Positions 19,201-28,532 of a DNA stretch of 64,000 bases are shown here, in pieces. The translations under genes were made by a program, and so were the position numbers. The DNA comes from Obrimoposthia wandeli (taxonomy: Eukaryota). Under the pieces are notes generated by a model. The model was not told the origin of the DNA, searched no databases, and was given only the letters and a program-made list of their open reading frames with translations. Every line of letters starts with the position of its first letter. Position 1 is the first letter of the stretch. Location of the stretch: contig CDROCS010000410.1 in the NCBI GenBank assembly GCA_977020255.1, positions 248,001 to 312,000 of the forward strand. Reading direction: 5' to 3'.

Positions 19201-22200
19201 TTTCAGGCGTATAGGTTGCTTGCGCGAAAAGTTTGTTTTTATCTTCATCAGTGACGATCACTTCGTTGGTAATATCACCGAGGGCTTTATTATTAACCGT
19301 CCCTTCTACGTGAAGATTGACGGTTTCTCCCGGCGCAATATGATAGTCAATGGAATAACCCTCTGAGCCTGTAATTTCAGAACCGACTATGGGTTTAGAT
19401 AAGCTACCCGATGCTGAAATTGTGGTTAGATCCCATTGCTCAAAGGCTTTACCTAATCGTGCTTGCGCCGCAAAATCCGTTTGAATATTTTCAGCGATGT
19501 CTGCAATCGTGACATTAGTGGCATAACCAGCACCGACATTTTCTACCGCAATATCAAAACCAATGACTTCACCAGGAAGGTAAGTGGCCGGCATTTTAGA
19601 CGCTGATTTTGTAACGGTAAGCGAACCTTTCTCCGGTACGATATAACCTTCATCGACGCGGTAATCATTGTCATTAATAGTGACAACATTGGTTATTTTT
19701 CCAATGGCATCATCGCGAATTTTACCTGTGATAACAATTTCAACGAGCGTTGCTGTTGAGTCTGTGTGTCTTGCCGCCATTTTTATGACCGAATCAATAT
19801 CACCACTGGTCGGTAAACTACTAATATCTGTGTAACTAGGTGATGAATCATGATCGCCGTCAGAAACAACTCTTGACGCAATGGACCATGACGTTAATGC
19901 CGGTTGCAGTGAGCCATCAGCCGTTTCAACAAGAAATGTTGAAATAGGATCGACCACGCTGACTTCAGTATTGGTATCGGATTTATTTAAAATAGCAATG
20001 GTGTAGTTAATCGTTTGACCAGGTACGTAACTAGTAATGTCAGAATGTTTTCTCGAGATAATAGAGGCAGTACCTGCCCCTAATATAACCGGATTAGACG
20101 GTACATTATTGATGGAGGCTGTATTGGTGATGGTCCCCGTTGCCGAAGTTGCGACGACGCCGGTGACCTCAAAAATAACAGTATCGGTGGGCATAAGGTC
20201 AAAATTCGCATTTAAGTCACCTTTACCCTCATAGTTCCCTGTAATAGAGAAACGTTCGTTTATTGGTTGCTCAATGACGTGCACGCTATTGAAACTAAAT
20301 GCATTCACACCATCAGAGGTATTAATGGTACTGAGTAAGTCTTTAATGGCCACATCATTAGCAATACCTTCACCGCTATTGCTCACAGATATTTGATAGG
20401 TAACCTGACCTGCGGGGTTATATTCACAGCCGTCACCGGTGTTTGAAGGAAACGAGCAAACGTTGCTGTCTGCCGTACTATTTGTCACTGTTTTTTCAAA
20501 TTCTAAAACAGGAGACGCAGGGGGAATGTTATCGGTTGTAACACTTTGCGTCCCGCCGGTGCCTTTATTTCCATTAATGATACCAAGCGCATCTGGGCGG
20601 ATTTCACCGCTAATGGTGAAGGTGATGGCTTCACCCGGTCCAATGTCTAGACCATCAGAAGCTTGAATATCAATATCAATATCAACATCGTCATCCGCCG
20701 CATAATGTAGCGTTTTTGTATCCACATCAGCATCAATACCCGTCGTAACAACATTACTAATATGGGTATTAATTAATGCGGATTCACTGGTGCCACCAAT
20801 CACTTCAACTTTTACATTAGAAATAAGGTCTTGAATAACCGTATTATCATTCCAAACGGATGTCGTATTCGCAACGGTGAACTGATACTCCACTGTGTCG
20901 CCGGGTTTATAATAATCACCCAATACATAGGGTTTACCTGCAATGGACACTATTTCTTTGTTTACATTAAGCGCTGATGCGTCAGGGGATATTGTCGATT
21001 TTTGTAAATTAGTTGTGCCATACTTTGGCATAATCACTACCGGATCTAATGTTCTCTCTCGAATTTGAGATTCCATGACAAAATCAATCCAGCCACCCGG
21101 TGCGATAGAGACAAAGGGCAAATCGATATCGATATTATTGGCACTGATAAAGCCGTTAATTAATGTGGTTGGCTCACCAGAAGTGGTCGCAGTAACTGTC
21201 CAACCGCTTGGCTGATAAATACTGTCATAGTTCAAATCTCCTTGTGTTAAGTTAGTTTGTGCAAGTCTTGCTTCTATTTGTGAAAATCTCTCTACTAATG
21301 ATTTACCATATTCAAGACCTTCACCTTTATTTTCGATTCGAAGGTGATAAACCACTTTTTGGTTATCAGTTTGATGGTTGTAGTTTGTCTTCACTGTTGA
21401 AAAAGAAGTATCTGTGTAGGCCTTATGGGTTTTACTTATTTGTGCGGGTAACATAATGGAGCGAGCAGAAGAGGCTTTGTGACTACCATCTATTCTAGCT
21501 GTATTGATAAAATCGCCCACCGCATTTTCACGAATGTGTGCTTTTATTGTGTATCTTATGAATGTTGGTAAGGCAACGGCACCCGTTGCTGCCAAGTTGA
21601 ATGTGGTATCGATATCTTGATTGTTAGTCACAGTGCCCGCATGAGTTAGGCCACTATTATCCACGTTTGTTTGAATTGTCCAGCTATCAAAAGCAGAACA
21701 CGTTTCAGTGAGGCCGCTCGTTAAGTTATAACATTGTGTATTAACTTTACTCAGTTCATCAACGATAGTAATGTCATTTAGATGAACATTATTATCATTT
21801 TTGATCTCAATTTGATATTCAATAAACCCGTCTGGTTTATAACCCGCTAAGCCACTGGATAAATTTGTTGTACCGTCGGTATCATAATAAGCCAGAATCT
21901 CTTTTTCAAACTCAAACTTTTGTGTATTGGGTTTACTTAAGGTACTAACACGATCACCGTCAACCGTTAGCACATTAACGATATCACCGACTGCTTTCGG
22001 GTTTACAACGGTGGTGACAACATAAGTAATGGTCGCATTTGTCGGGATAGAGGCAAGCGTATTAATATCTTGCCCATCAACAACACTACCTACCTGAGCA
22101 TTAGCACTTAAGTCTCCCCCAGTAACTTGAGGGGCTATGGTCCAACCCGGCATAAATGCGGGTCCCGTTGTGCCATCAATTAATTCAACTTGAATTTGTG

Positions 22201-25200
22201 ATATTTCATCACTCACTGGAATGTTGTATGCGTTACCTTTACCGTCATTTTCAATGATTAATTGATAGGTTAAGGTTTCTCCAGGCTCATAATTTAACTC
22301 ATCGACTACTTTTGAGAAATTCAAATGTTGCTCATTGGGTCTGACAATAATACCGCCAATAGATATATCCCCTACGGCGTCATATCTTGCAATGCCTTCA
22401 ACGGTGTAGAGAACAGAGTCACCCCCTGCCACATCAATAGTGGTATTAATGTCATTATTATCTTTGACAACACCATCTAGCGTACCGTCTGTTGTACCGG
22501 CGCCACCGTCGCTATCTTCTTTTTCTACGTTGACAGTAAAGACATCGGAAAATGGATTACCCTGACTACCATCCATCAGTTCAACCTTTAACCCTTCAAG
22601 ATCTTCATAAATACTATGATCATTTAAGTAACCGCTTGTTGAAGACACGTTTACTGTATAAGTTAAGGTATCACCTGGGCTATAAAACTGTGTCTCAACG
22701 CCATTTACATATAACTTACGCGTGGTATGTGCACCTGGTGATGCTCTTTTGTTTTCATGGTGGGCAACGTGTGAAACTTCGGTTACTTCACCAAAATCAC
22801 GGTACACATAAGCGTCATTTTTTAGTAAATCGTTAAGACCACTAGTGCCATTATCTGAACCGACAAAGTTATCTTTTATTCTTGCTTTAATTTCGAAGGT
22901 TTTAGTTTCTTCGGGTGCTAAAGTTAATTTATCTGTAGAGCCAACTGCAGGATAAATAAAGTTGTCGTTTGTCTCTGGACCAAAATCATTTTCACCAGGA
23001 AGTTTGACACTCCAGTATTCAAAGGGACTCTGATCTGCATAATTTTCAATTTGATCATCCTTATCGTTTGCTAACACCGCTCTGATCCCTGAAATAAGGT
23101 CTGCAACGGTTAAGTTGTTGGCTGTTACTGTTTTGCTAGCATTGCGTAAAGTAATACTATAAGTGAGATCCTCACCGGGTATAGCTCTTACTTTGTCACT
23201 GGTTTTTATGATAGAAACATTAAATCTAGTGGCGAATTTATCTATCCCGACTTCTGCTGTTGAAGAACTCGTCGTCCCTAATGACGGATCATAGGTGACC
23301 ACAGTGTTGGAAATTTCTTGTTTAGCATAGTCATCTTTAATGATGCCTGTAATGGTGTAACTGACATAACCCATGCCACTAAAATCTCCAGATGATTCTT
23401 TAGGGTCAATATCGATTTCAGATCCAATATTTCCACCTTCAGGCCAAGTGCTTTTTACATCAGGGTAGCTACCGCTTTTAGCATGATCATCAATTTTTGC
23501 TGTGATTGTCCAGCCAGGGTTAAAAACATTTAATGCCTCTATATCATCGGAAACGTCAACATTATTAGCGAAACCATTGCCATTATTAAATACAAAGATC
23601 TCAAAGGTAACTTCCTTACCAATTTCAAAATATTCATTGCTGCTTAATTTAGTAACAAAAACATCGGGTTCTTTGGGTACAATTAGAACATTATCAGAGA
23701 CGGTTCGACCGTTACTTGCGGTCGTTACGGTGGCAACATTATTGAATTTACCCCAGATAATCTTGTTGGTATCAGAGCGGTCAATCGTGGCAACGACTGT
23801 GTAAATAATTTCTATATTAGGTGGGATTTGAGCGGTTAGATCAATGCTCTCATTATCGTTGTAAAGACCAACATCTGTGGCATCTATTATCGCGGTTTGC
23901 TGCGCCGTTGTTAGGCCGGAACCATCAACTACGCTTTTACTTGCGCTAATAGTCCATCCCGTAAACACCGTTACAGGGGTGTTATCAGGCTCTAGCATAT
24001 CCGCTTGAATGGCTGCTATATCATCAACAACATTAACATCGGTTGCAAAACCGTTGTGAGGATCATTCTTAACGATAAGTTGATAGGTTACTTGGTTATC
24101 GGGTTTTGAATAAGCTGCTTGTAACCGACTAAATGAGCTCGAATCACCCACTTTTGCCAATTTTTCGACCGTAACATAAAACGCTTTGGGAATTGATGAG
24201 CGGTCTGCTACGACATTTCCTTGTACTGTCACGGTATTTTGTATTTCACCATTTGCAGTCGGTGTTACCTGGGCTTTTACCGTATAGGTGACAATGGTTT
24301 TTGGCTGAATGCTTGCTTTTACATCTAAGGTTGTTGGGTATTGAATAGGGGTCGTGATACCGGTCATTGTATCTGTTGCTTCACCCCCCTCTATTTTTTC
24401 TGCGCTGGCAGTGATTTCCCATGAGGTATACGCTGGAATTGATTTTCCATAAATATCTGTCACCATAATCGAAGCAAGATCATCAACGACGGGGACTTGC
24501 TCTGCATAACCACTGGTTTTATTGGTGACTTTGATGGTATAGGTTAATGTTTGACCTGACGAGTAATAGTATTGATCAACATCTTTACTCACGGAGAGGT
24601 TACCATCAGGCATATTGATACCCGTGCCAGACTCAGTAATATCATCATTACACATTAAGTCATCGTCTAAGATATTACCAATACTGGTATCACTGACGGT
24701 GGCCCTTAGTTGATAGTTAACTTTCTGCCCTGGCGCAATATCTGGAGAGATCGTTAAATCGCCCGTTTGAGTACTGCCGTAGTTAAAGCTACCCGCATCA
24801 GTTCCTTGATCATCGCTGCCATTTACGACATTTAATACCCAAGAAGTGAATGCATTACCACTGCCAGCGCCGCCTGTTTGCTCAGTTTTAATACATGTAA
24901 GCTTATCGACAATAACTAGATTATTGGCAAAGTATTTATCTGACGTATTTTCAACGCTGATGTCATAAAGCACTTCGTTACCGGGCGAGACCCCTGGTGT
25001 ATATTCTCTATCCGAGGTTGTTTTTGTGATTTTAATTTCTGGATCATCAGTGCTTAAAACGTATTGAGCTGCTACTTCGCCACTGATAATGTTGTTTGGA
25101 TCGGCTAAGGTGCCATCGTCTTTTAATACGGTTGCGGTAATATTTTTAACATTACCGATCGTGACAGGCGTCAATGTCGCCGTGATGACATAATTAATGC

Positions 25201-26425
25201 TCTCACCCGGATACACAGAGACCGTATCATCAAAAACACGATCGGTTGTCATGCCACTGTTATCAAGTGCCGATATCGAATTGAGACCAATAGATTCGAC
25301 TTTACTTGTCCATGTTGCATATGGATTACCGCTAATATCAGAATGATTGTATGAACTGGTGTTTAAATCATTACCTAAATCAGTGACTAACTGGGCAATA
25401 TTGTGTTGAACTTTATAATCTTTAACGATGCCTTCACCGTTATTTTTGACACTAAGATTAATAATCATTTGGCCATTAACTAAGTATGCATTACTGCTAT
25501 TAAGGGCATGCAATGTTATATCTAGTTCACCGAGTGCAGGGGGTGTCGTTAATTCATTACTATTAACATCAGTAGGTTCTTTCGTCGATGACGTTGCAGA
25601 GGTAACAATATCCCCCAATAGCTTGTCAGAGACTTTGGTCGTCATTGTATAGGTAACACTACCGCCTACGGCTAAAGCAACACCCGTGGCCACTAAATCA
25701 CCAGAAGGTAAAAACGAGCCCGCATCACTCTTTGACCCATTAGTTACCGCGCTAATAGCGACACTAGAGAAAGCAGGGATATTTGAGCCGTCAATAGACA
25801 TAGCCATTAATGCATTCAAAGGCTGGTTAATTGAAAGGTTTTGAACTCTAGCTGTGCCCGTATTTGTCGCTTTAAGCGTATAAACCAGTTGGTTTTTAAC
25901 CGTGTATTCTGTTTTGTTTACCGATAAATCAAGCGTGTATTGATAAGTCGCAGGCGTTACGGTTACTAATGTCGAATCTATCGTCTCATTTACCGTCGTT
26001 ACAGTAGCGTTAACCGATATATTTTTTTGAGCATCATTCGAGGTTAATGCTGTAATGGTATAAGTTAACACTCCCCCACTTCTTAGACTTGCAGCATTTA
26101 CATCTAAATCGCCCGATGTTGCATAGCTACCTTGATCAGATAAGAAAGTGGATATTCCTGAAATATCAGTGGATAAAAAGGCATTATGTACACCTGATTT
26201 TACCGACATAAAATCTGCATATATAGATATATCATTCACAGTATTACTACTAATGTTTGTTACTTTAACTAAATAGGTTAGAGGTTCATTATTTTCGTAT
26301 ACCGCTTTACTCGCAACAACGTCAATCGTCAAATCTGCAGCAAGTGCAACAGAGCTTGAGAAAAAAGTAAAACATACAAAAAAACACCGGAAAGCGGTGT
26401 TAAATAACAACGAAAATAGCTTCAT
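16292..26425 (-). CDS. Giant (3377 aa) DUF11 repeat surface protein / putative adhesin with a C-terminal SdrD-B-like module
   Basis: Signal peptide (VALA-A); about 21 diverged Ig-like repeats L.v.K...Y.PG..ltY.i.v.N; C-terminal IIGKVFEDHNGDG ... GIPGVRL...G.VIETDEYGRYHVP. Confidence 0.88.
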   Translation of the reverse strand: MKLFSLLFNTAFRCFFVCFTFFSSSVALAADLTIDVVASKAVYENNEPLTYLVKVTNISSNTVNDISIYADFMSVKSGVHNAFLSTDISGISTFLSDQGSYATSGDLDVNAASLRSGGVLTYTITALTSNDAQKNISVNATVTTVNETIDSTLVTVTPATYQYTLDLSVNKTEYTVKNQLVYTLKATNTGTARVQNLSINQPLNALMAMSIDGSNIPAFSSVAISAVTNGSKSDAGSFLPSGDLVATGVALAVGGSVTYTMTTKVSDKLLGDIVTSATSSTKEPTDVNSNELTTPPALGELDITLHALNSSNAYLVNGQMIINLSVKNNGEGIVKDYKVQHNIAQLVTDLGNDLNTSSYNHSDISGNPYATWTSKVESIGLNSISALDNSGMTTDRVFDDTVSVYPGESINYVITATLTPVTIGNVKNITATVLKDDGTLADPNNIISGEVAAQYVLSTDDPEIKITKTTSDREYTPGVSPGNEVLYDISVENTSDKYFANNLVIVDKLTCIKTEQTGGAGSGNAFTSWVLNVVNGSDDQGTDAGSFNYGSTQTGDLTISPDIAPGQKVNYQLRATVSDTSIGNILDDDLMCNDDITESGTGINMPDGNLSVSKDVDQYYYSSGQTLTYTIKVTNKTSGYAEQVPVVDDLASIMVTDIYGKSIPAYTSWEITASAEKIEGGEATDTMTGITTPIQYPTTLDVKASIQPKTIVTYTVKAQVTPTANGEIQNTVTVQGNVVADRSSIPKAFYVTVEKLAKVGDSSSFSRLQAAYSKPDNQVTYQLIVKNDPHNGFATDVNVVDDIAAIQADMLEPDNTPVTVFTGWTISASKSVVDGSGLTTAQQTAIIDATDVGLYNDNESIDLTAQIPPNIEIIYTVVATIDRSDTNKIIWGKFNNVATVTTASNGRTVSDNVLIVPKEPDVFVTKLSSNEYFEIGKEVTFEIFVFNNGNGFANNVDVSDDIEALNVFNPGWTITAKIDDHAKSGSYPDVKSTWPEGGNIGSEIDIDPKESSGDFSGMGYVSYTITGIIKDDYAKQEISNTVVTYDPSLGTTSSSTAEVGIDKFATRFNVSIIKTSDKVRAIPGEDLTYSITLRNASKTVTANNLTVADLISGIRAVLANDKDDQIENYADQSPFEYWSVKLPGENDFGPETNDNFIYPAVGSTDKLTLAPEETKTFEIKARIKDNFVGSDNGTSGLNDLLKNDAYVYRDFGEVTEVSHVAHHENKRASPGAHTTRKLYVNGVETQFYSPGDTLTYTVNVSSTSGYLNDHSIYEDLEGLKVELMDGSQGNPFSDVFTVNVEKEDSDGGAGTTDGTLDGVVKDNNDINTTIDVAGGDSVLYTVEGIARYDAVGDISIGGIIVRPNEQHLNFSKVVDELNYEPGETLTYQLIIENDGKGNAYNIPVSDEISQIQVELIDGTTGPAFMPGWTIAPQVTGGDLSANAQVGSVVDGQDINTLASIPTNATITYVVTTVVNPKAVGDIVNVLTVDGDRVSTLSKPNTQKFEFEKEILAYYDTDGTTNLSSGLAGYKPDGFIEYQIEIKNDNNVHLNDITIVDELSKVNTQCYNLTSGLTETCSAFDSWTIQTNVDNSGLTHAGTVTNNQDIDTTFNLAATGAVALPTFIRYTIKAHIRENAVGDFINTARIDGSHKASSARSIMLPAQISKTHKAYTDTSFSTVKTNYNHQTDNQKVVYHLRIENKGEGLEYGKSLVERFSQIEARLAQTNLTQGDLNYDSIYQPSGWTVTATTSGEPTTLINGFISANNIDIDLPFVSIAPGGWIDFVMESQIRERTLDPVVIMPKYGTTNLQKSTISPDASALNVNKEIVSIAGKPYVLGDYYKPGDTVEYQFTVANTTSVWNDNTVIQDLISNVKVEVIGGTSESALINTHISNVVTTGIDADVDTKTLHYAADDDVDIDIDIQASDGLDIGPGEAITFTISGEIRPDALGIINGNKGTGGTQSVTTDNIPPASPVLEFEKTVTNSTADSNVCSFPSNTGDGCEYNPAGQVTYQISVSNSGEGIANDVAIKDLLSTINTSDGVNAFSFNSVHVIEQPINERFSITGNYEGKGDLNANFDLMPTDTVIFEVTGVVATSATGTITNTASINNVPSNPVILGAGTASIISRKHSDITSYVPGQTINYTIAILNKSDTNTEVSVVDPISTFLVETADGSLQPALTSWSIASRVVSDGDHDSSPSYTDISSLPTSGDIDSVIKMAARHTDSTATLVEIVITGKIRDDAIGKITNVVTINDNDYRVDEGYIVPEKGSLTVTKSASKMPATYLPGEVIGFDIAVENVGAGYATNVTIADIAENIQTDFAAQARLGKAFEQWDLTTISASGSLSKPIVGSEITGSEGYSIDYHIAPGETVNLHVEGTVNNKALGDITNEVIVTDEDKNKLFAQATYTPEKAALTVTKVVDKPEYEAGDTLTYTIEITNTTAAWAKDVKVTDLFSTIQSTTIAGADVTAFMPDSIAMTGSSLTTNSVIPVVSGDDINGYMEIAPNDVITITASGQLLTNLHGEVKNTVSVELDGIESSAEAISVPVIPAVTLTKEAPVAVYVPGETSDFVITVTNETNAFADDVKLEDIISGLTVETVDGNTEAAFEFWNVAVKSSDPDTEITNSPTNINEDISVNIDLAPLSTVTFTVSGEVNKKAVGIISNEAKMLFNALTINAQAEIIPEEQNVSFIKTLANGVQQGTYDTGGQSEFHITLTNEASSFAQDIHIKDLINELMVMNVVGQETTAFSTWDINYKVSNDKYNTTSVTQVTPLSSGDIDVIVDLAPSAAIEFIVKGIIDPLALGEIVNTATMDNGITTIDSSALLRPYDIVLVVKKTADKADYGNDDEQVTFTLAVTNRGSSDALNVLLADEISALKGSNGNPLFTDWKTTINEVTKSGSTLIETQQSIDLHSTQTLKAYEGNAFLITVVGQIGKGLDDDITNTFTVTAPTSSKTSGDIFAQDSVTIHVKKFSDNEGQLQVTKQAMKDSIQVGDVVEYEVIIENHNESEFKSVHLEDRYPSGFQYVENSTEITNSGPDGIFDSADDVFNNQEPSIANVLLFPVGDMLAYGGSESTIQESVRVRYLLRATVGATFGQYVNTAYAKTPAEGMTTGTLEIKSNMSSATVEITPDKLFDTASIIGKVFEDHNGDGYQADATAFDIKVTADLGKIAYISGTTTLYMNGKEESVNSLNNGIEIDHLFGLSRNRTLPEGNKVIIQFEARNSNSFDFTVKTSDGSNIAFSRNDIINIHNTGNKKQSLSAEHLKVTRNLYKDGDHYLWEIEIENMGLYEDGIPGVRLLTVEGIVIETDEYGRYHVPDQWVLNKKGKQFLVKVDTDSLPTNMRVISENPKVRRISPNQLTKFNFSVNSKNNSEKQELGSY

Positions 26426-26803
26426 TTAATCAATCATCCAAATAACATACAAAAATAGCTGCCATAAAAATAGTACGACAGAAAGCATATACATACATAT
26501 GTATATGCGCATATTCATATGCATGATAATACTCTTTATATATTAATAACGAAACATTAGATCAATAATACCTATCAACAATTTACATTCAGTACTATTT
26601 ATCTACAATCACACCTTGTTATTTGACATAATACTTAAGTTAATAGCATAAACAGTTTAAGTGACATGGTAGAGGAAATTCAAAATATCTTCACGGTTAC
26701 AGCGCTGTGTAACGAATTTTGGGGGGGGCCACGAAGTCGCTTTAAATATGAGGTGGTTTAAACTCGTGATCATTTCAACTACACTAGCGGAGTAAAATTG
26801 TCC

Positions 26804-26869
26804 GCTATAATTTGTGAGGAACGAACAATAGCCAACGGTTTTTTGTCCTTGTTTAATATCTTGTTATGT
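26804..26869 (-). mobile_element. attC9, truncated (right arm missing)
   Basis: ACATAACAAGATATTAAACAAGGACAAAAAACCGTTGG... same family as attC4/attC8, breaks after AATTATAGC. Confidence 0.8.
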
Positions 26870-27463
26870 ACGTTTTATCGCGACGATGGAAAACGTATGC
26901 CAGTGCTTTGTCTTTCCAATTGCTGTTTTACCAATTTCATCGCGTTCATGAAAGCGTATTATTTCAAAATTGTTAAATAAAGCTTCAACTTCAAATTTAC
27001 TCATTGGAGTTGTAGGAGAACGAAAACCAGAAGCCCAGCTATCATTTACCCCCATAAAGTCCCCTGCAAAGACGCCTCCTTGCTGAATACTGTCAATGAT
27101 ACGTTTCCAGGTTATTATAAACAGAACAGGATCTGCAAAATACAAACTAGAGTTTGCTATTACAACTCCGCATTTCGGATATTCAAAAGTCTCAAAGCTT
27201 GATTCTCGGATTGTTACTAATGGTTCATCACCGAAACGCTCTACACAAATAGCAATTGAATCAGGATTGTTGTCAAAACTTTCAACCTCATAACCAAGGC
27301 GTGAAATATATGAAGTATCACAACCAGTTCCGCAACCGACATCGATCGCGACTTTAACATTTGAATCGTTTAGTTTTATCGCGAACTCTGTTCTTGGATC
27401 ATGACTTTTAGCTAAAGATTTTTCGTAATATTGACGCCAAATCTTATCATCAGTTTTAGACAT
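26864..27463 (-). CDS. Cassette 9: class I SAM-dependent methyltransferase (true start likely 27463, MSKTDD)
   Basis: AIDVGCGTG motif I; AAGGTG SD; the longer ORF start runs through attC8. Confidence 0.85.
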   Translation of the reverse strand: MSKTDDKIWRQYYEKSLAKSHDPRTEFAIKLNDSNVKVAIDVGCGTGCDTSYISRLGYEVESFDNNPDSIAICVERFGDEPLVTIRESSFETFEYPKCGVVIANSSLYFADPVLFIITWKRIIDSIQQGGVFAGDFMGVNDSWASGFRSPTTPMSKFEVEALFNNFEIIRFHERDEIGKTAIGKTKHWHTFSIVAIKRT

Positions 27464-27485
27464 AATTAATGAAACACCTTGAAGT

Positions 27486-27576
27486 ACATAACGCCCAAAT
27501 AACAGGCTAAGTAATAGTTGGCTCAAATTGTATAGCGAAGCGAAACTACGTATCCTTGTTTAATATCTTGTTAGGA
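27486..27576 (-). mobile_element. attC8 (91 bp, intact)
   Basis: TCCTAACAAGATATTAAACAAGG ... CCTGTTATTTGGGCGTTATGT. Confidence 0.9.
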
Positions 27577-27954
27577 ATACTTTTCGCCAAAGCTCTCGTA
27601 ACACTTTGGAAAGTAGCCCCAAATTCTGATTATTGAATCCGTTTTTTCGAACTCAAATCCAATGCTATTAACAAGACTTAAGACATTATCGGTTAATTCA
27701 ATATCAATCCACTCAACGCAAAGTAGTGGGAATGGTAAGTGATAATACCATTCGCGATCCCAACGTGAGATGTAACCGTTAACTACCTTAGTTCGATAGT
27801 AAGGTTGATATTGAAGTTCACGAATCTCGGAAATTAATTCATTCCATTTTGTATTGTTGGCGGCACCAACCAATTGCTTTTTAACCATAATCCTTTTAGC
27901 TTCCTTCACGTCCTTTTCATCGGACACTGCATCAGCCATTGGCAGAAGACTCAT
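27571..27954 (-). CDS. Cassette 8: uncharacterised protein (DUF6678-like)
   Basis: ANNTKWNEL, W..EW.YH.PFP...VEW.D, IRIWGY; family recalled from motif only. Confidence 0.6.
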   Translation of the reverse strand: MSLLPMADAVSDEKDVKEAKRIMVKKQLVGAANNTKWNELISEIRELQYQPYYRTKVVNGYISRWDREWYYHLPFPLLCVEWIDIELTDNVLSLVNSIGFEFEKTDSIIRIWGYFPKCYESFGEKYS

Positions 27955-27960
27955 ATGTAT

Positions 27961-28060
27961 ACCTAACGCTGCATTAAGTGGATTAAAATAGTGGGTTACA
28001 ATGTGTAGAGAATAAAATACTAAAGCACTGTTTAAACTAGATTTAAAGCTATTTTCATGT
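27961..28060 (-). mobile_element. attC7, left arm heavily eroded (R'' = ACATGAA), right arm intact
   Basis: Right arm CACTATTTTAATCCACTTAATGCAGCGTTAGGT is canonical; left arm only partly complementary. Confidence 0.75.
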
Positions 28061-28062
28061 TT

Positions 28063-28353
28063 TTACTCTTGCTTTAAAAACTCTAGCTCCAGTGATGTTT
28101 TACTAGGAACGAATTCAGTAATTTCATAGTTAGCTAAACCATGAATTTTAAATGGGTCATCAGATAAAATTAGATCTAAAACCTCTAGGCTTTCAGCCTT
28201 AGCTAAGATAACACCACCAGTGCGAGGTACTTTTCTGCCAGAAGCTAAAAAAACACCATTTGAATATTGTTTGTTCAAGTAATCAATATGACTACTTAAA
28301 TGCTTTTCAACTTCACTCATCTCGCAAATATATGTAAGAGAAATAATGAACAT
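28063..28353 (-). CDS. Cassette 7: YciI family protein
   Basis: H..YL......G.FLASG.K.PRTGGVILA, DPF...GLA.YEITEF. Confidence 0.88.
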   Translation of the reverse strand: MFIISLTYICEMSEVEKHLSSHIDYLNKQYSNGVFLASGRKVPRTGGVILAKAESLEVLDLILSDDPFKIHGLANYEITEFVPSKTSLELEFLKQE

Positions 28354-28425
28354 ATTTCACCTCCTTTTTCTCAATTTGAATTGATAAATAATTTCAATTT
28401 GCTTTGATAGAAACTACCAACTAAA

Positions 28426-28532
28426 ACATAGCGCCACCATAACACGTGCTGAACGACATAATTACCAAGCCAAATTACTCTAAACCACAAACGCCGAGTG
28501 TAATAAGCATCGTGTGGATGGCTTTGTTATAA
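28426..28532 (-). mobile_element. attC6 (107 bp, VCR-like) with mutated core GCTATGT instead of GTTATGT
   Basis: TTATAACAAAGCCATCCACACGATG ... CACGTGTTATGGTGGC-GCTATGT; same family as attC1. Confidence 0.85.

Noticed and set aside
12757-26425. Many 60-115 aa opposite-strand or alternate-frame ORFs within the giant genes (also within gyrA, nrdAB, RND, GH3 and Omp85 genes)
   Set aside because: Shadow ORFs fully overlapping strongly supported CDSs, with no motifs
26709-26807. Tn7 end (GCGGACAAT) or IS100-like end (TGTAACGAA)
   Set aside because: Only 9-bp resemblances from memory; no transposase, matching second end or target duplication
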